From an uncultured Desulfospira sp. (GTDB taxonomy: Bacteria > Desulfobacterota > Desulfobacteria > Desulfobacterales > Desulfobacteraceae), in assembly GCA_963663165.1 (NCBI GenBank), contig OY760175.1:2048001-2112000 (forward strand): a DNA stretch of 64,000 nucleotides, in the 5' to 3' direction. Position numbers and translations under genes: made by a program. The notes beneath the pieces are model-generated. The model made no database searches, was not told the DNA's origin, and was given only the letters and a program-made list of their open reading frames with translations. Each line of letters opens with the position of its first letter. Position 1 is the first letter of the stretch. Shown in pieces: positions 57,684-64,000 of this stretch.

Positions 57684-58190
57684 CTAAAAATTGAGCATCA
57701 TTTGGCTGACAACCTTTTCAGCGCTTCGTTCGGCAATTTTTTCCACCGCCTCACGGATACTGGCTTCGTTATCCACATTGCTTTCTGAAACCGTGTAATC
57801 TTCTTTGGAAATCAGGTTGCTTACAGACCAAAGCACCTTCTTGTCAGGACCTATCAGCTGAACATCCACCGTTGCGGTGATGCGGCGCTCCACAACCGTT
57901 TCCGTTGAAGACCGGGACAATGTGCCAAAGCTGATGGACTTAACAATCCCAACAATTTTCCGGGTGGCCACTGATGAATCAACCACCCGGGTATCGGTTT
58001 TCTCCAGGATCTTTCGGATCAGCTCATTGGCAAAGGTAACCCCGGCCCGGGTCTGTGAACTGCGGTTGTCAAACATATCAACCGCCACCCGGGTGACGTT
58101 TTCATTAATATACCCCCCGCCTTCCAGACGGTAGCCGCACGAAGAAAAGAAACACAGGACGGCCAATGAAACCCCCAACAGTTTTTTCAT
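57684..58190 (-). CDS. lptE: LptE-like lipoprotein
   Basis: Lipobox SSCGYRL; conserved position directly after leuS. Confidence 0.8.
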   Translation of the reverse strand: MKKLLGVSLAVLCFFSSCGYRLEGGGYINENVTRVAVDMFDNRSSQTRAGVTFANELIRKILEKTDTRVVDSSVATRKIVGIVKSISFGTLSRSSTETVVERRITATVDVQLIGPDKKVLWSVSNLISKEDYTVSESNVDNEASIREAVEKIAERSAEKVVSQMMLNF

Positions 58191-58192
58191 AG

Positions 58193-60790
58193 TTACACCA
58201 CGATGTTTACAAGGGTTTGTTTTTTTCTGATCACAATGATCTTTTTCACGGGTTTATCCTGAATATGTTTCCCCACATTTGAGTCTGCCAGGGCGGTTTC
58301 TTTGACAAGCGTTTCTTCGGCCTGGGCGCTGATGTTAAACTTTGACCTGACTTTCCCGTTCACCTGAACCACCACCAGCATTTCATCGGTTTCCAGGCTG
58401 TCTTCCCGGAACTTGGGCCAGGGCTGCTCCAGAATCGAGCCTTTTCCCCCCATTTTCTCAAAGAGTTCTTCACAAAAATGAGGCATAATGGGACTTAACA
58501 ACAGCAGGCTGTTTTCCAGGGCAAACATCAAAACCGGCTTCATTTCAGGGTCGTCCATATCGGCATTGTACATGGCGTTGACAAGCTCCATGACCGCAGA
58601 AATGGCCGTGTTAAAATGAAAGCTTTTATCAATATCGTCCCCGACCTTTTTGATGGTCTGGTTTGCCTTGATATACAATTCCTTGGCATCCGAGGACTTG
58701 ATCCCTGCCGCAGGCCCCCGATAAGCCTCAACCGGACCCATGGTGTCCATGCAGGTTAAGGCCAGGCGCCAGACCCGGTTCACAAACCGGTTGGACCCTT
58801 CCACGCCATCCTCACTCCATTCAAGGTCCCGCTCGGGCGGTGCGGCAAACAGGCAGAACAGCCGGGTAACATCGGCCCCGTACTTTTCAAGAAGCTCATT
58901 GGGGTCCACCACATTTTTCTTGGATTTGGACATTTTGATCACCCGGCCCACATCCACGGATTTCCCGCACATCACACAGGAAAAGGACCCGTCAGGCTGT
59001 TTTTGGGCCTGTTCGGGAAACAGGTAGCCGTGTTCAGGACAGGTCATGGTCTCCTTACAGACCATCCCCTGGGTCAAAAGCCGCGTAAAGGGTTCTTTGA
59101 ATTCAACCAGTCCCAGGGTATTTAAAACCCGCATAAAATACCGGGAATACAAAAGATGGAGGACCGCATGTTCCACCCCGCCGATGTACTGATCCACCGG
59201 GGCCCAGTATTTAACCGCGTCAAGGTCAAACATGCCTTGATCATACCGGGGGGAGCAATACCGTAAATAATACCAGGAGGATTCCACAAAGGTATCCATG
59301 GTATCGGTATCCCTTCGGGCATCTTTCCGGCCGCATTTGGGACAGACTGCCTTGGCAAAATAATCCAGAGTGGGAAGCGGAGAGCCGCCCTTTTCAAGAA
59401 GGTTGGCATCTTCAGGCAAACGAATGGGCAGGTCCTGCTCGGGAACCGGGACAACGCCACAGTCCGGACAGTGGATCACAGGGATGGGCGCCCCCCAATA
59501 CCGCTGGCGGGAAATACCCCAGTCCCGGAGCCGGTAGGAAACCGCTTTTTTACCGACCCCTTCCCGGGCCAGCCAGTCCACCATTTTTTCTAAAGCATCC
59601 TGGCTGTCCATCCCGTCAAACTGACCGGAATTCACCATGACGCCCCGGCCGGCATAGGCCTCGGTCATGGTTTCAGAATCCAGGTTTTCCCCATCGGGCT
59701 GAACCACCACCCGAATTTCAAGGCCGTATTTCTTTGCAAAATCAAAGTCTCTCTGGTCCCCGGCCGGTACCGACATGATGGCACCGGTGCCGTATCCCAT
59801 CAGCACAAAGTTGGCGGTATAAACAGGGATCTTTTCGTTGGTGGCCGGGTTGATACAGTAGGCCCCGGTAAACACCCCTTCTTTCTCATATTTTTCAATC
59901 CCGTCGGCAGAACGCTCCTGCTTGGATACCTTGTCAACGAATGCCGCCACCGTTTCCTGCTGGTCTGTACCCTGGGACAGGGTCTCCACCAGGGGATGCT
60001 CCGGGGCCAGACACATGAAAGTTGCCCCGAAAATGGTGTCCGGCCTTGTGGTGAACACCACCAGTTCTTCATCTTTTCCGTCTATTTTAAACTTAAGCTC
60101 CGCCCCCACGCTCTTGCCAATCCAGTTTTTCTGCATGACCGTGACCTTGTCGGGCCATCCGGGGAGTTTGTCGCAGTAGACCAGCAGGTCTTCGGCATAA
60201 TCCGTGATCCTGAAAAACCACTGCCAGAGCTTTTTTTGCTGAACCACTTTGCCGCAGCGCCAGCAGCAGTCCTGTTCCACCTGCTCGTTGGCCAGCACGG
60301 TCTGACATTTTTCACACCAGTTAACATAGGACTCTTTGCGGTAGGCCATGTCCTTTTCAAGCATTTTCAAGAACAGCCACTGCTCCCACCGGTAATATTC
60401 CGGCCGGCACGTGGCAATTTCCCTGTCCCAGTCATAGGAAAATCCCATTTTCTTTAACTGGGCCCTCATGGCCCGGATATTGTCATAGGTCCAGGCCGCC
60501 GGATGGGTATTGTTATCAATGGCCGCGTTTTCAGCCGGCATGCCAAAGGCATCCCAGCCCATGGGATGAATCACGTTAAATCCCTTCATCCGCTTATACC
60601 GGACCACCACATCACCGATGGTGTAATTCCTGACGTGGCCTATATGAATTTTTCCCGACGGATAGGGGAACATCTCCAGCAGATAGTACTTTTCTTTTGA
60701 CGGATCTTCTGAAACCCTAAAAAGCCCCCTCTCATTCCAGTATGCCTGCCACTTGGGCTCAACCGCCTCAGGGCTGTACTTCTCCTCCAT
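58193..60790 (-). CDS. leuS: Leucine--tRNA ligase
   Basis: [34 protein letters not shown]. Confidence 0.98.
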   Translation of the reverse strand: MEEKYSPEAVEPKWQAYWNERGLFRVSEDPSKEKYYLLEMFPYPSGKIHIGHVRNYTIGDVVVRYKRMKGFNVIHPMGWDAFGMPAENAAIDNNTHPAAWTYDNIRAMRAQLKKMGFSYDWDREIATCRPEYYRWEQWLFLKMLEKDMAYRKESYVNWCEKCQTVLANEQVEQDCCWRCGKVVQQKKLWQWFFRITDYAEDLLVYCDKLPGWPDKVTVMQKNWIGKSVGAELKFKIDGKDEELVVFTTRPDTIFGATFMCLAPEHPLVETLSQGTDQQETVAAFVDKVSKQERSADGIEKYEKEGVFTGAYCINPATNEKIPVYTANFVLMGYGTGAIMSVPAGDQRDFDFAKKYGLEIRVVVQPDGENLDSETMTEAYAGRGVMVNSGQFDGMDSQDALEKMVDWLAREGVGKKAVSYRLRDWGISRQRYWGAPIPVIHCPDCGVVPVPEQDLPIRLPEDANLLEKGGSPLPTLDYFAKAVCPKCGRKDARRDTDTMDTFVESSWYYLRYCSPRYDQGMFDLDAVKYWAPVDQYIGGVEHAVLHLLYSRYFMRVLNTLGLVEFKEPFTRLLTQGMVCKETMTCPEHGYLFPEQAQKQPDGSFSCVMCGKSVDVGRVIKMSKSKKNVVDPNELLEKYGADVTRLFCLFAAPPERDLEWSEDGVEGSNRFVNRVWRLALTCMDTMGPVEAYRGPAAGIKSSDAKELYIKANQTIKKVGDDIDKSFHFNTAISAVMELVNAMYNADMDDPEMKPVLMFALENSLLLLSPIMPHFCEELFEKMGGKGSILEQPWPKFREDSLETDEMLVVVQVNGKVRSKFNISAQAEETLVKETALADSNVGKHIQDKPVKKIIVIRKKQTLVNIVV

Positions 60791-60875
60791 TACACCATTC
60801 CTTTCAAAAGCGTCTTTTGTAACTGTCTAAATGAATTTTTTAAAATGCCATAACCCGGGTCAAATGGCAAGGTCA

Positions 60876-60929
60876 TTTATATATAAGCCTCACTAACATT
60901 CTGGAAAGACTTTTATTTTTTGTTGCGGA
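60876..60929 (-). repeat. Degenerate 3' half of repeat family A upstream of leuS
   Basis: Minus strand CCGCAACAAAAAATAAAAGTCTTTCCAGAATGTTAGTGAGGCTTATATATAAA aligns to the family A consensus. Confidence 0.7.
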
Positions 60930-61104
60930 CCGATATGTGACCGGACAATCGGAACCGTTCCGCCTTCTGGATTTTAAGGGCGTGATCGGTATTTAAGTTT
61001 CAACAGGCTGGAATCCCAGGAAAATCAATTTTAATATTGACCACAAACAACCTTGAGTGATATATATAATGGTTTTTTAATCGCCTGGCTGTCGGGTGAT
61101 ATAA

Positions 61105-61157
61105 CTTAACCCTTGCTCCGGACCGGTTCCGGGGCTTTATATCCGTGAGGAGTAAAA
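61105..61157 (+). promoter_or_regulatory. Probable S6:S18 autoregulatory leader
   Basis: CCTT/CTT anti-SD segment, hairpin CTCCGGA..TCCGGGG, and a CCG immediately before the GAGGAG SD of rpsF. Confidence 0.55.
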
Positions 61158-61676
61158 ATGAGGAAGTATGAAACTGTTTTTATTTCTGACCCTGATCTTC
61201 AGGACCAGCAGCGTTCTGAACTGTTTGAGAGAGTCAGAAATATCATTGCCAGAGAAAACGGTATTCTTTTAGACTTTGATGAATGGGGCAACAAAAAGCT
61301 TGCCTATGAAATCAAGAAAAAGCTCAGGGGACATTACGTCTGCATGACCTATGGCGGCACCGGCGAACTGGTGACCGAGCTTGAAAGAAATCTTCGTCTC
61401 AGTGACAACATCATGAAATTCATGACCGTTCTTCTGACCGCCGACATAACGGTAGAAGAATTGGAACAAGAAGCAAAAGAAGCGGCCAAAAATCAGCAGG
61501 CCCGCAAAGAAGCGGCTGAACAAGCCAAGGAAGAAGAGGAAGAAGAAACCCAGCCGGAAGGTGATGATGAAGCGCCTGCTGAACCCAAAGCCCAGGCCCC
61601 CCCTGCTGACGAGACCCCCGCGGCCGTAGAAGAAGGGGATGAGGCTTCTGAACCAGTTGAGAAGACAGAAGAATAA
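61158..61676 (+). CDS. rpsF: 30S ribosomal protein S6 with long acidic tail
   Basis: MRKYETVFI, WGNKKLAYEIKK, GHY; ~75-aa E/A/P-rich extension. Confidence 0.97.
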   Translation: MRKYETVFISDPDLQDQQRSELFERVRNIIARENGILLDFDEWGNKKLAYEIKKKLRGHYVCMTYGGTGELVTELERNLRLSDNIMKFMTVLLTADITVEELEQEAKEAAKNQQARKEAAEQAKEEEEEETQPEGDDEAPAEPKAQAPPADETPAAVEEGDEASEPVEKTEE

Positions 61677-61700
61677 ACTGAAGACATAAGGAAAATCACT

Positions 61701-61958
61701 ATGTATAAAGGGCAACGAAACAGTGGCAAGACCAAATTTTTCCAGCGCCGCAAAATCTGCCGGTTCTGTGTAGACAGCAGTCTGGAAATCGACTACAAAA
61801 ACCCCAAAGCATTGAAGCAGTTCATCACCGAACGGGGAAAGATCATCCCAAGAAGGATCACAGGGACCTGTGCCAAACATCAGCGCCAGCTGTCTTTGGC
61901 TATCAAGCAGTCCCGGCAGATCGCCCTGCTTCCGTTTGTGGGCAAGCCCCTTTACTAA
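61701..61958 (+). CDS. rpsR: 30S ribosomal protein S18 (Zn-binding type)
   Basis: [26 protein letters not shown]. Confidence 0.98.
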   Translation: MYKGQRNSGKTKFFQRRKICRFCVDSSLEIDYKNPKALKQFITERGKIIPRRITGTCAKHQRQLSLAIKQSRQIALLPFVGKPLY

Positions 61959-61982
61959 ACTTTAATAAAGGGAAGACATCAG

Positions 61983-62909
61983 GTGGACGGGAGCATAAAA
62001 CCAAAATTAATGCGGGATCTTATTATGGGGATCGGCTTTTGCATGGTGATCACTGCCATTGCCTTTTCCTTTCCCCTTTTAGGGGTCTTTGCATTGGTTT
62101 TTCTGCCGTTGCCCGTCCTGTTTTACAGGCTCAAGTTAGGGCGAAACAGTGCCGGCATTATGGTGGCGGTTTGTTTTGCCGTTTTGGTGATGGTGACCCG
62201 GGGCATGGGATTTGACATGCTGTATTTCGGGGCTCTTTTGATGACCGGTCTGATTTCTGGTGAGTGCATTGAACGGCAGATGGGGATTCAGCAAACCATC
62301 ATCCTTACGGCTGCAGGTATCATCTGTATTGGCCTGGCCGGCATTACAGCCATTGCCGCGACCCGGGGATTGAGCTTAGGAGAACTTTTCTCAGATTACA
62401 CCGTCCGGTATATTACCATGAGCGGACAGCTTTATTCGGACATGGGCATTGAAAAGGAACAGGTGGACGCACTCAATGCGTTTATTCTGTATATCATGCC
62501 CGGTATGTTTGCCGTCTCGTTCATTTCAACGGTGTGGCTCAATATCCTGATCATCATACGGATGCTCAAAAAAAGGGGCCTTTATCTTAAAAACCTGGCC
62601 AACCTGAACCACTACCGGGCCCCGGAATACCTGGTCTGGGCGGTGATTGTTCTGGGTGCCCTTTTGTTTTTGCCGACGGACACCCTTAAATATGTCAGCG
62701 TCAACTGCCTGATTGTCTTAATGCTTGTCTATTTTTTTCAAGGAATTGCTATTGTATCATTTTTCTTCCAGAAAAAAGGATCCCCAACCCATTTAAGGGT
62801 GTTTTGTTACAGCCTTATTGCCGTACAGCTCTATGTCCTGCTGGTTGTCATCGGCTTAGGGTTCTTTGACAACTGGATAAACTTCAGGAAACTTGGTACA
62901 CAAAAATGA
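61983..62909 (+). CDS. YybS/DUF2232 family membrane protein
   Basis: Multi-TM, YFFQGIAIV, GLGFFDNWINFR; usual position between rpsR and rplI. Confidence 0.85.
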   Translation: MDGSIKPKLMRDLIMGIGFCMVITAIAFSFPLLGVFALVFLPLPVLFYRLKLGRNSAGIMVAVCFAVLVMVTRGMGFDMLYFGALLMTGLISGECIERQMGIQQTIILTAAGIICIGLAGITAIAATRGLSLGELFSDYTVRYITMSGQLYSDMGIEKEQVDALNAFILYIMPGMFAVSFISTVWLNILIIIRMLKKRGLYLKNLANLNHYRAPEYLVWAVIVLGALLFLPTDTLKYVSVNCLIVLMLVYFFQGIAIVSFFFQKKGSPTHLRVFCYSLIAVQLYVLLVVIGLGFFDNWINFRKLGTQK

Positions 62910-62961
62910 TATCGAATCTAAAAGCCGGTCCTTTCCGGGCCGGACCTTTTTTGGAGGTTAT

Positions 62962-63420
62962 ATGAAAGTTATACTAAAAGAAACCATTGACACTCTCGGC
63001 ATTGCCGGTACAGAAGTCAATGTGGCGGCCGGTTACGGACGAAACTATCTTCTGCCCCAGGGAAAGGCAGTGATTGCCACCCCCCAGAACCGGAGGGTCA
63101 TGGAGCAGGCCAAGGCCAAGCTCGAACTCCAGATCGCAAAAGAACGCAAACTTGCCGAAGAAATGGCGGACAGCATCAAAGATGTGGTCTGTGTCATCAA
63201 GGCCAAGGTCCATGAAGAAACCCGCCTTTACGGCTCGGTGACCACCCATGACATCAAAGATGCTTTAGAAGCCCAGAATGTTACCCTTGAACGGCGGATC
63301 ATCCTCCTTGCCGAACCCATCAAGGAAATCGGCGAATACAAAGTCCCCATCCGCCTTTACAAGGATGTGGAGCCCAAGATCACTGTACAGGTGGTCCCTG
63401 AAGAAAAAGAAGATCATTAA
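62962..63420 (+). CDS. rplI: 50S ribosomal protein L9
   Basis: MKVIL, GYGRNYLLPQGKA, LYGSVT, PIKEIG; GGAGG RBS. Confidence 0.98.
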   Translation: MKVILKETIDTLGIAGTEVNVAAGYGRNYLLPQGKAVIATPQNRRVMEQAKAKLELQIAKERKLAEEMADSIKDVVCVIKAKVHEETRLYGSVTTHDIKDALEAQNVTLERRIILLAEPIKEIGEYKVPIRLYKDVEPKITVQVVPEEKEDH

Positions 63421-63563
63421 ATGTTTGAACGGAAAGCCGCCCGTCTGCTGTGTTGCAGGGGAATTTGCAATCCTCACAACCCCATGGTTGCTCCGGTTGC
63501 AAGTTTTCCTGGTTTCTGACCTTTAGGTTACGCATTGCATCTGGGCAACTTTTCATCCAAACT
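63421..63563. mobile_element. MITE-like repeat family B, copy 2 (inverted)
   Basis: Reverse complement of ~50603-50744; starts right after the rplI TAA; TTAA on both sides. Confidence 0.75.
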
Positions 63564-63568
63564 TAAAA

Positions 63569-63663
63569 TTTTATATGAAAGTCTCACTAACCTCTTGAAA
63601 AGACTTTCATTATTTGTTGTGGGCGGTTCTTGGTTGGATAACCAAGACGGCCCGTGGCCGTTA
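63569..63663 (-). repeat. Repeat family A copy (inverted)
   Basis: Near-identical reverse complement of 32237-32331. Confidence 0.92.
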
Positions 63664-63692
63664 GTTCAGACAAAATACAATCTGTTTTTTAA

Positions 63693-63731
63693 AAGGTCCC
63701 GGCATCCCTTTCGATAGATGCCGGGGCCTTT
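63693..63731 (+). terminator. Hairpin, possible terminator after rplI
   Basis: AGGTCCCGGCATC...GATGCCGGGGCCT followed by a short T-run. Confidence 0.5.
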
Positions 63732-63796
63732 ACCCAAACCGTTCACATAGCAGCACCCGCGTCATTTTTAAAAAAGTTTTCGGAGGTACCATGTTT

Positions 63797-63824
63797 TTCA
63801 TCCTTCATCCTTCATCCTTCATCC
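63797..63824 (+). repeat. Heptamer tandem repeat (TTCATCC)x4
   Basis: Four exact units just upstream of dnaB. Confidence 0.88.
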
Positions 63825-63840
63825 TTTCATAAGAGGCGCC

Positions 63841-64000
63841 GTGGCCCAGGACAACCCCAAAAAAACCGATCCCCTCCTTAACCGGACCCCTCCCCATGAT
63901 ATTGATGCGGAAGAATCTGTCTTAAGCGCCATTTTTATCAACAACCAGAATCTGTTTGATATCATGGAGGTTCTGACGCCGGATGACTTTTACAAGGGCG
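63841..64000 (+). CDS. dnaB: Replicative helicase DnaB, 5' part (runs off the window)
   Basis: Own translation from GTG 63841: MAQDNPKKTDPLLNRTPPHDIDAEESVLSAIFINN...LTPDDFYKG, the DnaB N-terminal PPH..EAE..VL motif; follows rplI. Confidence 0.9.
   Translation, partial: MAQDNPKKTDPLLNRTPPHDIDAEESVLSAIFINNQNLFDIMEVLTPDDFYKG

Noticed and set aside
60791..61020. T-box leader for leuS
   Set aside because: No T-box consensus; the segment is a decayed family A repeat.
21672..63717. ORF-track starts and short ORFs inside repeats (21672, 32186-32383, 32307, 38097, 50528-50740, 63278-63717)
   Set aside because: They are translations of repeat families A and B or heptamer arrays, not genes.

Overview
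A mostly core chromosomal window from a sulfate-reducing deltaproteobacterium. Desulfobacteraceae-like is my inference from gene content, not a database result. Bases 1-8653 form an accessory island joined to the 3' end of tmRNA (ssrA). The island holds an eight-gene, tightly coupled minus-strand operon: XRE regulator, RadC/JAB, fused endonuclease-m6A methyltransferase (frameshifted as given), specificity subunit, a probably deleted nucleoside-deoxyribosyltransferase/TIR-like gene, DUF6880-like protein, pRiA4b ORF-3-like protein and RhuM. This operon is the best candidate for an undescribed defence system. An inverted ssrA-3'-like fragment with iterated TGTC boxes lies at the far left. The rest is housekeeping: smpB, ptsI/ptsH, a large class I adenylate cyclase with pentapeptide repeats, parE/parC, mltF, rne, yajC-secDF, cpoB, dprA-topA, efp, guaA, mltD, suhB, rbgA, prc, recX, PilZ, M16 peptidase, ppiD, tRNA-Ala, murJ, rpsT, lptE-leuS and rpsF-rpsR-rplI-dnaB. 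The intergenic DNA is rich in small repeats: a ~93-bp three-hairpin family with compensatory changes, a ~150-bp MITE at stop codons, a REP doublet, heptamer arrays and a duplicated promoter flanking a two-gene insert. All family calls come from motif recognition by eye. No searches were run.
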